From Lama guanicoe (lineage: Eukaryota): 64,000 nucleotides of DNA. Position 1 is the stretch's first letter; each line of letters starts with the position of its first letter. Where the stretch lies: contig MU053881.1 of the NCBI GenBank assembly GCA_013239625.1, positions 10,129,957 to 10,193,956 of the forward strand, in the 5' to 3' direction. This document shows, in pieces, positions 51,061-64,000 of the stretch. Both the position numbers and the translations under genes were made by a program. The notes beneath the pieces were generated by a model. The model was not told where the DNA came from. It worked only from the letters and a program-made list of their open reading frames with translations, and did not search any database.

Positions 51061-53599
51061 TGACCACATAGCAAAACACTGAGGGAACTCTGAGAGGAGA
51101 CAGATTATTATAAACACGTGATCTAAATCAAAAGAGGAAAGGTGAACTGAAGCTGAATTCTTCCCAATTTTAAAGGATATGTCTTTCAGGACAAAGGGAA
51201 CTTTTCATGCCTGACATTGTACTCTTTGTAGAAGTGACTGTATGCAACACTAGATTTTGCCTGCTCATTTAGTAGACTGTTAGGGGGTGGGACTTGCTTG
51301 TATGTATGATCTCATGGTCTAAGAAGTATACATGAATCAGTTCAGAACTACTTTGATCAAGTGTTCAGGATTGATAATGCATGTATTCCTCGTTGTATCC
51401 AGAAGTAATAAACAGCGAGCTGAGTGTGTAGGCCCTATTTGATTTTTTCCCTCAATGGTAGCCTTGGGGTTGACTCCTTTCCAATTGGAGGCTGTCCTTA
51501 ACCCTACACCTCCGCCTGGGCACAAAGCAGATTTCGCCTGTTCTCCTGGAAAGAATGAAAGTGCCCTTCTAGGTGATTTACAAGCTGAAAATTATGTTTT
51601 TGCAAGTGCACCACACCTCACTGTTAAAGAAAGCAAAAGTTAGATACAAGATGTAATTCTCTCTTGATACAACTTTTTGTTTAGAAAGAACTCTTAGCTA
51701 GTCTTTTCCATGGTAGCCATTCAAATTTCTCATTTGAGAACAATGTTGAGCAGAAACTTGTTAAAGGTAACTTGACATTCCTCATTAGGCATCCACTGGC
51801 ACATAATTTTGTAGTAGGCACTATCATAGGAACAAACAAGTATTTGTTTTTCTATACCACATATTTCTTCTTTCACTAAAAAGATTTTTCTGTTCCCCGA
51901 ACGCATCCCTTGTATGCATTCAATGAAGGAGAACTCCAGATACGTTCTACTAATTCTCAATTATTTTAAAAATGTAAAGATTCAAGCAAGGTTAGGTAGC
52001 TTTTTGCTGCAATACTGTTCCTCATTCACAAGGAGAGTAAAATTCTTTTTTTAATTCACTGATTGATTTTTGAAGTTGTCTGTAGGGGTCAAACATTTGA
52101 GATGTAGTAGCTTTCAGGAATCGTAGGAATGGAAATGCTAGGATTAAAAAAAGACTGTAAAAAGAAGAATGAAGAGTGTTGAAAGAAATGTTCTGTGTTT
52201 TAGAGGATTCTTCTAATTCTACTCTTGCAGTAGAAGGGGCTTGAGCATGGCCACGTTCAGTGAACACACTGACTGGTTGGGTTTACCCAGCATTACAGAG
52301 TAATCAGTGTCCTAAAAAAGTATTTTTACATATAACTGAGGCTGAAATGTAGAGTCTATGACTTTTTAAAGCGTTCAAATATTTCGGCTAAAAATGTTTC
52401 TGAATGTATTTTATTCTTCCCTGCTGTCTTACAGGATATGCTGAATATTGGATCAATAATGCAAAGATCATGTTTATCTTATAAATAATATCGTAGTACA
52501 CTAATAATAGACATACTAATTAACCAATTCATGCCCAGCTGAGGTTCTCTAAAGTACTTATTAACATTAACGGGGATGACTGTATATTTCGCATCACTTG
52601 TTCCTTCACTATATGGTACCACAGCATTTGTTTTTATATTTTATAATTATTATATATTTGTCTTTTTTTTTTACAGCCAGCTGTCACATCCCATGGTTGT
52701 TTATTCTAAGTGCTTGTTTTCCAACTTAAAATTAATAACACAATTAAAAACCCGTGAATGCTTTATAGTTTCATGAAACTCTCTCATCTCCATTTTCACA
52801 TATAATCATATCAATTGTATGAGAAAAAGTATCAATTATACACATTCAGTGATTTACTTGAGGCTAATTATACCCTCTCCGGAGGGGAAAAAAGGGACTA
52901 AAATTTTAAGTTTGGGGGAAGAAGACTTGGGCAGAATATAAAGACCGGATTTCTAAGAATTAGAAAATGGACACAAATAGACTTAACTTCTTTATTATAT
53001 TGGAACTAATGATGTTCAACAACTAGAACCAAATGAGATCTTAAAAGATCTCACCTGGGAAACCAAGTTAGGCCATCACAAGCTTTGAAAGCAATAAACT
53101 CAGAACCGAATTGAAGAAGACAAGGAATCCTTACAAGAAGCTTACCCTAGAAAGCCAACTTATGGATTCTAGGAAATGATGTCCTGTCATGGTTTTAATA
53201 TTGCTACAATTAGGCAAAATTAGATAGTAGGAAACAGAGACAGATCATCTTCTAGCAGAGATAAGTGAAAAACAGAGCCATAGAGAAGAAACTTTGCAAA
53301 GAGGGAATCCTCCAGGGGGGAAATGGGAGATTATACAGTTTTTGGCATCAAGCTTGAGAGCTGAGGTCTCTCTGGTCAAGGTCCAGGCTCTCAGCCGCCC
53401 TCACTGGAACGATTAGTGAAAAATCAGAAATTAATTCAGTGTAATGTAGATTGTCCTCAAATTTTTTTATATTTTCAGTACTTTGAGCTCAGGTCCAATC
53501 TTTTTTATTTAAAACAGATGAAACTTATCTAAAAAACAGTAGCTAACTAAAGCATATACTGAGATTTTCATTTCTAACTCCAACCATCAACCAAAATGT

Positions 53600-54700
53600 A
53601 GTCAGTATTTGTCATCAAAATCTTCCCACTGCCAAATCCTTTCATCTTTCCTTATTCCTCAAACTATCTCTGCTGTTGGGAATTCAGGTAGATGGAACAT
53701 CTTGGGGGACCACTCTTCTATTCTAATTAGGAAGATTTTTCTTGCTACCACACTGAACTTGCTGTCTCAGTCACCATGGGGTCTCCTCTTCTTCGTCTGT
53801 CCCCTTCATCAGCACCACCCTAATTACCAGGCCGTTATTCTTCTTCTTCTTACCCAGCCTCAGCCTCTTTCTTGGTAACTGTGCAATTCTATACAGAGAG
53901 TCTCTGGGTACATTTATCTCTAGCTTGAAATTCTTCTCCTGACACTAGAGGTTCATGGCCTTTTGGACACTAACAACTGTGTGTTTTGCAACCAAATCAA
54001 ACTCATAATCTCTCACCGTACATTATCATTTTTTTGATATCTCAGTTTCTATTAATGGATGCAATATTCTCCTTGCCTATTAACTCACAACTTTAGGGGG
54101 GAAAGAAACAAAAGTAATATACTGTAAACAATGATTCTGTTACCTTAATATCTTTGCACCTGCAACACTCTCATTTTTACACAACATCCCACCTTATCAT
54201 TTCATCACCAGCAGGATGATACCTGTGAGTCTTTACACCTACTGTCTTACTCTTCCCCAGTCCTTCTTATACACGACTGCCACAATAATGTTCCAAAATA
54301 TATGGCCCTCATTGTGCCACTGCTCAACTCAAAAAACATCTGCCAGTACGAATCCACTGAATCACAAACTCCTCAGTCTCTTGATCATGGTTCTTTATAC
54401 TCTGGTCTTAAATCGCCTTCTGAATCTAAATTCCCAATTATTCCACCACATGAGGCAATAGCCAGACTCTGCTGATAATTTCACTTTTCTCTGCATATGT
54501 AATAAACTTTCATACTTTACTCTTGCCTTCTGCTTGAGATGCTAACTCGCATATATGCCTTGTGAATGTGTTCTTGTTTTGCAAATATCCTTCCTCCAAC
54601 CTATGTGACATCTGTCTACTTTGAACTCTCCCAGAACTGAGCCAAGGGCCTTCCACAAGGGTTTTCAATAAATACTTATTCAATTCAACTGAATTGAATG
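53600..54700 (+). mobile_element. L2 LINE 3' ~1 kb fragment
   Basis: pyrimidine-rich L2 motifs (atttatctctagc, aaactcataatct, tctcagtttctattaatgg, ctgccacaataatgttcc) ending tcaataaatacttattcaattcaactgaattgaatg. Confidence 0.75.
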
Positions 54701-56264
54701 GAGGTTCTTTTATGGACTCGTAATAAAAAAGTTAAACATCCACTGGTCTTTACTTTTCTTCTGTATTTGGTCTTCTTTAGTATTCCCCTCCCTCCACTCC
54801 TCTACTTTTTTTTTTTTTAATGTTGCAAAAACATCAACTGAAAGAAGTTACAAAGACACATGGGAACATCTGCTCTCAGAAGCCACTTGAAAAATAAGTA
54901 TGCCACAGAATGGGGAAAACATCTGTGCAGTGTTCATGAGATTATTAGCAGTGCTGTAGGAAAGTAGCTGAGGGAAAACACACATGCACACACACACACC
55001 CCCATACACCCCCCAAAATCTGGAAATAAGCCTCAGCAAGAACTAGTGGAACCTCCAGTTGGAGACCACGGTACTACTTTATTTTGCCTCAACTTTCTGC
55101 CTCAGGTTTTTTTTCAGAAGGAGGAAAACAGATATTTTGCCCATCAGTTTGTATTCCTGAATCAGAAACATTCACAGTTGTAACTTCAGCTGATTAGTCC
55201 AAATGAGCTGTAAGTTTAAAATTGCCAACATTTTATCTCAAATGATACAAATAATCTCATAATTAAGAATAATGAATTATATGCAGATTCCAGGCAGCTG
55301 CCTATTGCTGTAATAGAAACTAAGCGAAATTAGCATTAGAAGACTTGAGTTCTGTATCTGGATTTGCAACTCAAATTGGCTGTTTTGAAATGAAATATTT
55401 TAATTTTTATTTGTTTTACTGAATTTTATTAAATTGAAAATAAGTCTGTGCCTTGTATCTTCATCAGCGTTTCCTCTATAAAAGAAGTGCAGATCAAATC
55501 TGGCCTCACTCAAACCATGGCACTCTGATAAACTACGCTAAACCTTCAATCTACAAATAACTCAGATCCAATCCTTACATAAGATAATATTAAAAACTAG
55601 TTTGTCTTCCTCTTCCCCCAAAACACAAATAACATAGACTGTTTCCATTAACATAATAAGGTATTTTAATCTTGGGCAAACCAGATTAGGATCTTACAGT
55701 CTTCCCAGGTCCAAAAATCTGTTTTAGTAGTTTTATTGAAGATTCACTTAAAATTCTGGGAAATGTACACAACTGAGGTGTTTTCCATTATTAATTTTTG
55801 TACTTAAAGGGGCTCTAACCAGCCTACTATATTTTGCTCAGAGCAGTCATCTGCAGCTTACCATATGCTTTAGAATATACCCAGAAAGTGGGGACTAAAG
55901 CTACCAACCACAAATAGAATTTCAAGGGAGCAGAAGCCTGACGCTGCTTTCTCCAAAATATACGGTGAGGACAAGACATTTAGATTTGGGAGAAATAATC
56001 ATCATCTAATCCAGTCTTCTTAGTTTGCAAATACTACACAAGAGGTAATTCATAAAGAAAAAAAAAGAAGTATTCATGGCAACACTAGATGATTAGATAC
56101 TGGATGTCTTCTTCAGCATGCTTCAAGATGGAAGACTTAAAGACCACCTACTATTTTCCTTACAGCGATTTCATATATATATATATATATCGCTTAGTTA
56201 TCTTTTCCTAACTTAAATTCAAAATTAAAGGGGGCCATCTTGTTTTTGTTCTCTGACAGCACAT

Positions 56265-56565
56265 TATCTTGGAGAAGAGATGAATTAAGAGAATGGCGAG
56301 GTTGCTCCCTTAAATATAAAAATAACTGTCACCAGGAAGAATTCATTTTAATCTGTGTTGCCCCAGAGGGCAAAACTTGGGCCAGTGGTTATACAAAAGA
56401 GGAAGGCAGATGGTAGTTCATTATAATAAAAAATGTTGAAACATTAACACTAAAAATGGTCTAGGAATTAATATGACTTCCCAGTAGTGGAGAGAATGCT
56501 AACCCCTGGAGGTGTTCATTCACAGGCAAGGGAAATAGATGATAGGGATATTCTGGAGATTTTAC
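56265..56565 (+). mobile_element. CR1/L3 LINE 3' fragment
   Basis: ttggagaagaga...tctgtgttgccccagagggcaaaacttgggccagtgg...ggaaggcaga...cccctggaggtgttca, colinear with the L3 3' end. Confidence 0.75.
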
Positions 56566-56718
56566 ACTAAGTTTATATAACATTATTTCGTTATTAAAGA
56601 AAAGTTCTTTATTTACTCATTTAGAGTTGAAAGAAATGATGACAAATAAATTAATGTCGTTAATAACTCCTCCCGCTGGGAATGTGAAGGAGCAGCCCTC
56701 TTGGAATGGTGTGTCAAT

Positions 56719-56867
56719 AAGAATGTGGCAGTCATGACAAAGAATATGAAAACAATATATATATGTACATGCATGACTGAAACATTATGTCGCACACCAG
56801 AAATTGGCATAGCGTTGTAAACCCACTATACTTCATTAAAAAAAGAGTAATAAAAAGAAAGTTACAG
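56719..56867 (+). mobile_element. short camelid-type L1 3' terminus with degenerate TSD
   Basis: aagaatatgaaaac...catgactgaaacattatg...caccagaaattg...actatacttca plus A tail; flanks AAGAATGTGGCAG and AAGAAAGTTACAG (10/13). Confidence 0.8.
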
Positions 56868-58984
56868 CAGACTGTTACAGTTACAGGATGTGGCAGGCTG
56901 AATGTGGGAAGAATTGGAGGCATGGGGACGAAGCTCCTAGCCTCTGTTACGCTTCACTCTGTAAAATGGAAAGGACTTGAATGCATGCCTTATCAGTGGT
57001 TCAGCTCAAACGGAATTCAAGCTCATAAGTTAGTGATTTTCCGTTAAAGCCCTTCCTTCTCAACTCATCAAGGGAAGAGGAAGCTCATTCTCTTGTGGAC
57101 ACTGGGGATGTGAGTGGTATTAAGTAAGTGGCTTCCCTTTGTTTAGTCTGTGTTCTCATCCCAATGGCTGATTATTTGAGAAACAGCATACTGTCCACTT
57201 TAAATACTTCAGTTAAGAGAAACTGTCTTCTTCCAATTGCCTAGCGTGAGGCCAATCTTGGAAAATCGTGAGCACACCTGTGTCTACTTCAGTACCACCC
57301 CTCCCCTCCCGCCCCCCCAAAAAAACAAAAAACAAAAACACACACATTATGAAGACAGTTAGGACTAAGAAAAGTGAATCTTGAGAATTCTGTAAAAGGA
57401 GGGAATATCTTAGCAGAATTTCCATATTTATATACTCTCAGTGTTTTTACTTAAATCACTTGCAGATCATGAAATGGGGCCCCAGGGACTTTAAGGCTGT
57501 ATGATCAGAATGACTATGTATGTTTCACTTCATCTCAGGCCCTGGAAAGATAAATATTCTCCTCACCCAGCCAGGCACCAAGGGATAATGAAACTATTTC
57601 GTTATGGCCTCCTGGTGGGTGAGCATCGTCCTGAAAACACTCTTCCTACAGGGTGAAAAATAAAGCTCCGTGTATAAAAAAATACTCTGAGCTCTTTAGG
57701 AGAAAAATCCGGGATAAATTTTAGCTATTATTATTATCACTAGTATCTCGCACTCAATCAATATAATCTGACACACTGTATTCCCTTTAGGCCCATGGTA
57801 CCTCTTTTCTGAATGCTAGTTCATAAAAAAATTCACATAGAGTAAAAAATTCTGTGCGCCTGGAAATTCAGTGAACCCCTTATTTTATGGAAAAGCTGTT
57901 CCTTCTGCTCATTAAAAAAAATCTATTTTTTCTTAGATGTTTGCATTTCCATCAATTGTGTTCTATCAGAAACAATCCAAGATATGGGGGGAAAAAAAGG
58001 GTAGGAGAATAGAAACAAGATTGCATGGGAGAATCCGTTTCTATAAACCCATCTTGCACTTCAAGACTTTTTCGGAGGCATTAATTTCCCCATATTCTCT
58101 TCACAGAGCTGAAATTGATCTTTTCTTTTTTTTTTTTTTTAAGGTATGACTCTTTTCAAGGAGTGTCATTTAAATGCTGAGAGCATCAAATTCAAAAATG
58201 AGGAATCCTTGCAAGGACTCCATAATGTCTCAATTTCAATTCACTGTAAAGACTGAAATAAATTGTGTATGATTCTTCCAAAGTGGTACTTATTAGTATA
58301 TTGTAAAGGAACAGGAAATAGGGAGAGTCTTTTCAGTTACGTAATTTTTTGAAAAAGGGGGAATTAGATGTTTAGGGAACTCTCTTGTCACAATGGGATC
58401 TTAAACATTAGGATTGCACTAAATTAGAGAATGACTGATACATGTGTCTCTATTTTAACTAAGGGGACATGGTGCCTGACTAATATCCTACCCCAAATTC
58501 AGATTTCTTTACTTTAGTAAGTATGTAAAGTCAGCTTCACCAGTTACATCTTCTGGAGCTTAGAACCTGGTTCATCTAACAAAATTTCCAAAAAAAATTA
58601 ACGGCTGCATAACTGCATCCAAAGTACCTTTCTAGAATTGGAGAAATATGGAAGAGTGAGAGATATTCCCCTGTGGTCTGAAACCACAAGCTATGGAAAG
58701 AGAAACAGACATATAAAATATGGAATCCAGATGTCAGCTGTTCCCACATGCTGTGTCCAATGTATCATTTCAAATTCCACGTAGTACTAAAACATCTCCT
58801 GGTATACTCCAGAAAGGTTCTCTCACACCAAATATATAAGGAAAAGCTGTAGTTTTGTTTTGTTTTGTTTTGTTTTTTCTTCAAACTAGGTGGTAGAAAT
58901 GGAGGAGGGGTTCATATCTTATACCCTAGTCCCAAAGACAGAAAGATCTCCATCAGGTACCATGTAATCCTAACTGCCTCTTTC

Positions 58985-58998
58985 CCAGTAGGTGGCAG
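58985..58998 (+). promoter_or_regulatory. CTCF core binding motif
   Basis: CCAGTAGGTGGCAG matches CCASYAGRKGGCRS at every position; binding not shown. Confidence 0.5.
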
Positions 58999-60819
58999 AG
59001 GGGCACTGAGGGCAAAGGCCAGTCAGGCTTTCCCTGTCATTCTTCCAGGCATGAGACCCTCTGGTTCTGTCTGCCTTAAATCTGTGCACTTTCACTGATT
59101 CCCACCTCTCTTCACTCGTTGCACAAACCAATTCATCCCTCTCATGGCTTCTCCCACCAGACTTAACGCACACATACTCACCACTGTGCCCCAGACAATG
59201 AAGGAACATCTTTCATCCCTTAGAGCCATATGAGTTAGTTACACAAGGACTAATAATTCTGGTGAAAATAAATATATGCCTATTTTCTAAGACAGATATA
59301 GATAAAACAGCATGAGCACCAGGGAGAGAACTTAATTTCCCTCTCATCTACCTGGCAGGGCACAGGTGAACACAGTTCAGACACCTGCACTGCCAGCATC
59401 TGCATTTCCCATTGGCATCACCACCTCTGGGGCTCTGTCACTCTCAGGAGGGAAGAAGATGAGACAGAAGCTATGATTCTTTCAGGATGGTATTAACGGC
59501 AACCTAGAAGAGTAAAGGTAACTTTATGTGCCTCCCTCCCTTTCTCTCTCTTTAAATAAAGAATGTGTAATGTCCTTTTCATGAATTCTTGGGTCTGATA
59601 GAAGTCTTCTCATTTTCATTTTTTAATATTTTAAAAATTTAACTAGACCACCTCTTCGAAGACTTGCCTTTTCTTTTAACTTTCTGGTTTTTTTTCCTTG
59701 AACTCCCATTTGATGTTTTTTATTTCTATTCCAATTTTGACTTGTACACAGTCACGATTGTATAAAGTCATTAAATTCAATGTTTAAAAAATTAGAATAT
59801 AATTTTATTAAAAATGCAAGCTAAATAAAATGTATACCAAAAATACCAAAATTTTAAAATATTTTAAAATAACTGAATTATTCATTAAAATTAAAAAGAA
59901 AAATAAAAATTAGAATAATTATAAAATGATTTATTAAATAAAAAATAATACCATAATTTTAAACACAAGTATTCAGATAAAACTGAAATGCTTTATTTTC
60001 TTTTTTTGAAATTTAATTTGATGTTTTAAAATAGTTTTATAAGAGGAAAATATAATTTTAGTATCCATTGTCTCTCTAGTGGATAATGTAAAAAATCACT
60101 TCTTTATACTTCAAATATATTTGTATAGATTTGTGTAATTTAAACAAATTTTAGATGAGTACATATTATTTAATAATTTTAAAATTCTTCAGTTTGCATG
60201 CACAATGGCGAACACTGCACTAATTCATAAATACCTCAGGACCACACAAATTGGAACAGGACGAGAACAAGAAATGGCTAGTTAGCACTGCTGGGGTGTA
60301 CTGCTCCATCATTCAGGAATCTATTACACGTATGCCAAGACAGAGAGGACTTGACAAGTTAATTAATTTGTCTTTTCTCTTATTTAAGTGCTTCCCTGCT
60401 CAAAACCTGCCTGTACTCTGAAGCAGTGTCCATCTTCAATGGTGGCTGCGACAAAACCCAGAACCTCCAGAGCATCTGAACTCACCTGCCTTTTATTTTA
60501 AGACATCAGGCAAGAGGCATGAAGAAGTACTTTCCTGGGGCCTGAAGTGTGATGCAAAGGGTGAGGAACATACCTGAGCCTGCTCTACATGCCAGAACCT
60601 GACAGTAAAAGCATCTCGTCTTTTCTAATAAGCTTGTTTCTTTGTGTTTTTGAGACACACAAAACTCCAAAACATGATGGGATAATGCAAGGACCTCTCT
60701 TGCCCACCTAGAAGTGTTTAACTACTGTGGACAAGGGCAGGAAAGAGAATTACTTTTCTTTACATGCTCCATCTTACAGATTTTTTTAACCACATAAATA
60801 CATAACCAAATCAAAATGT

Positions 60820-61290
60820 ACACCTGGATTTTTCTAGAGGCAGATGCTAAATCAAGAATAATTTTTATATAGTTTATTGAGGAGTGATCTCAGGAAACAC
60901 TGATGGAGAAGTAGGTCAGTAAGACAGAAGAGGGAAGAAAGCTAACAAAGTGTGCACTGACAGCCACTGGGGACAGATGAGCACAATCCTGGGGGACTCT
61001 GGGAAACAGCGTAGAGCACATGCCTTAGAGATCTTTCTCTTGAGGGACAAGTGAGGTGAGGTACGTGTCAATCAATTTCTTTCGGTCACTAATTGAGTGT
61101 TGCTTCCCAAGGGCATTATTAACACCCTGGCACTTCCAGCCTGCCTCGTGCCTAGGCAGAACTGGACTCCAGGGCACAGAGATCCTTCGGCCAAGAGTCC
61201 CCTCTGCCAGCAGTGGTTAAGTTCAGTTACGCTCCAAAACCGTCAGCTGGGGATGGGGTGGGAGGGTAGGAGGGAAGTACTCACAGTGCC
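60820..61290 (-). mobile_element. ERVL solo LTR (LTR33-like)
   Basis: tagtttattgaggagtgatctcaggaaacac...gggactctgggaaacagcgtagagcacatgccttagag...ccctggcacttccagcctgcc. Confidence 0.75.
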
Positions 61291-62387
61291 TCCATTCAAA
61301 AAAAGACCTACTTTGTTTTAAATTGAGGAAAGACATATTTGCACATTCAGTGAATGTAAAATTTCAAGTGAAGTCAGATTTTCCCTTATTCCAAAGGTCC
61401 CGTGAGTCAGATGTAGCTTTACTGTGATGAAGGAGCATGCCCTAATATTTGCAATATTAGCAACAGTTAGATTCATGCAGTGTCAATGGGGTTAAACTTA
61501 CTTTTTTTTATAACATAGAAAATAGACCGTATCATTTCACATTAAGTAGGAACATGTGACCCTGACTACTATTAATGGCTGCATTTATACATTCCCCAGC
61601 ATCTTATCAGTATGTTTTCCCCAACATACTCCAAGGGCCTTTACAAACACTTTGTATACATTTGCTTACAAAATCCTTTAAAACCAAATCAATGCTTTTA
61701 TATTTCCAATGCCGCAGGCCAGGCAAAGCCCGCAAATCTCTGATATTATATAGAAGTACACCTATTCTCAGTGGAACTATGCAGTCTCTCTCTCTCTCTC
61801 TTTTCATGAAATCTTTAAAGAAAATATTGTATAAATTTATTGAATCTCCTTTAGTGTCACCTGAAGTAGGCCATTCATGAAAGTGCTTATTGTTTTAAAA
61901 AGGACTGGTCTTTTCAAGAAAAGGAAATCATAATTTTGAGAGTCTGGACTTAATGGTTCGAAAAAAAATGTCCAAATGCATTCAGTAGATTAATTCTAAT
62001 CAGTGATAAAACTGTGACCTGAAATCTTATTTAGAATAAGACACTCAAAAAAACCCCAATAAAAGTGTATTTGCCTGGTCCATTTTTTTTTCTATTTCAG
62101 ATACATTCCAAATATTTTTCTCGTAATTTTTGAAGCCAGGTTATCAAATATAAGAAAGATCTGCTCCAAAAACTTAAGTCTTAAAGCTTGCACATTAGAA
62201 AGTTTTATTTTCTTTTAATAAAAGCAAGCAAATAAAACACATAAACACATATAACCACTGCTGATGGAAATAATAATTGTTGCATATGTAGGTACAGATA
62301 TAACTTGCAAGAGTGCTCTTAGGTGATGAAAATTTCTCATATAAAATTACATATGTATAAATTTTATTTGTATATATGAATAACTAT

Positions 62388-62435
62388 CTGGTTTCCTTTT
62401 TAAACAATTTCCTGGTTTCCTTTTTAAACACTTTT
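62388..62435. repeat. 24-bp tandem duplication
   Basis: CTGGTTTCCTTTTTAAACA occurs at 62388 and 62412. Confidence 0.9.
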
Positions 62436-64000
62436 CTTTAATTACTTTCTGTTCTTATTATTTTAAGAAAGAAAGCAGATATAGCCTGTAAATTCCAAGC
62501 ACCTAGCAACAGAAAACATGATTGGGTTGTCTTCTCACAACACAAATCATTTTCATTAGGAATTTAATTCACTGAATGTGTTGATTTGTCTACCAGTTAA
62601 GAAGAGTTTATGTTGCGTCCCTATGAGAAATGTCTCCCTTGCAGTAAGATATTATTTAAAATCTAGGAAAGGAGGAAAATGCAGTGTAGGATGGGCAATA
62701 TATTCCTTCCCTCCTCCCTCTAAGAGTCTACAAACACAGACTTCATTGAGGAACAACATAAAACCTCCTTAAATATAGAATTGCCATATCCAAAGAATAC
62801 ACAGATGGAAAGATATTTGTTAATTTGTAGAAATATGTTTCCCCCTTCTTGTCAAAGCACATCGTCTAGAAACAAATAAGACTTCCATGCATTTTGGGCA
62901 TTTCTAGCTTCTTTTTTTTCATATTATTGAAAGTGACTTCATCTTTTAATTATTCTTCTACCTATGGTAAAAATCTTTTCGCGGCATGCCTCATGGTTAC
63001 CACAGAATGATGGGGATGCTGTCAGCGGAGAAGCATGAATTCAGGAGTACGTAAGAATTAGGAGCTAATGAGGCCAGAATCCATTAACGTGACAAATTTC
63101 ATCTTCTAAAGCCAAAGCCATAAATATTTTTTAAGAAAATTAGATACTGAAGTATAATTGTTTCTGAGTGTTTCTGTAAGATTTCTTTCAGTTTTTCTAA
63201 TCACTAAAAAGATACCCTTAGCTCTTTATATCCATAAAGATGTAAGAACATGCAGTCATGGTTGCAACTGCTTCTTTGATAATCCGAGAATCAAATCACC
63301 AGGATTAAGAAAATAAACTAAGAATTGAATAGATTGTTCCACTGGTTGATTGGTGATATTTAAGCAAAAAAATGAACGACAGCAAAACAACAATTGTGAT
63401 CTCTACCTGATCTGTGAGCAGTTTCTCAAAGAGTACAACACGTTTTGAGTTTTAAAAATTTTCTGTAAGGTACAGACAAATAATGAAGCCAAAAGTTGGA
63501 GCGAGATGTTTCTGAATTTCTCAAGAGGAGAATGCTGATAAAATGTAGCATTTAAATATACATTTTTCCCAACAGAGTAATCTACAAACCATTTTTCTTT
63601 CTTTTCCTCTATTGAACATAGCTTTGAATTACACTGGTTTCCTCAGTGCCCAGTTTCAGGGTGACTGAGAAACATTTAGATTATCTCCCAAGGCAAAGTG
63701 GGTTAGAGAGCTAAAAATAATCTCACCAGTTTGGATATTTTAGGGCAAAGGGAAATTATATTCCACATTGGAAGGCAGAGCTCTCTAAACCCAAGACTCC
63801 TGTGTCTCCACCTTCATCATCTCAATTATCTACATAATTGTTCTAACTACCCATTAACACAACCTTAATATCCACTTAGATACCTCATAATACTCTCTAA
63901 ATTCTCTTGGACACCAGTAAATCCAATTTACATGCTTTCACTGCTTGGTTGTGGGAAAATAAACCATGTACTTCATCAAATCCCATTTAAAGCCAAAAAA

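Noticed and set aside
1..64000. tRNA, rRNA, snRNA/snoRNA genes, CRISPR arrays or prokaryotic systems
   Set aside because: No such sequence recognised; the window is eutherian repeat-rich DNA with no regularly spaced repeat-spacer array. Short structured RNAs could be missed without a covariance-model search

Overview
AT-rich mammalian (eutherian) genomic DNA with no protein-coding gene that I can identify; it reads as intergenic or deep-intronic sequence. A large part is transposon-derived. There are several LINE-1 copies of different ages: a ~4 kb copy with a 5' inversion (twin priming) at ~24.2-28.2 kb, an old ~5.4 kb L1M copy at 5.2-10.6 kb, and short 3'-end insertions with target-site duplications. 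There are also L2, MIR and CR1/L3 relics, ERVL/MaLR solo LTRs and hAT/Tigger DNA-transposon relics. The young L1 3' ends, together with the absence of Alu, B1, Bov-A/CHR, PRE-1 and CanSINE elements, suggest a cetartiodactyl, probably a camelid (inference from remembered consensus sequences). The listed ORFs are either L1 ORF1/ORF2 remnants or chance-length frames. The most interesting non-repeat signals are a CpG-retaining domain at ~12.5-15.4 kb, a set of minus-strand splice sites that could define an unannotated transcript, a tandem CCAAT/TATA-like cluster at ~40.8 kb and a perfect CTCF core motif at ~59.0 kb. I found no convincing previously undescribed biological system. Repeat subfamily names are from memory and boundaries are approximate.
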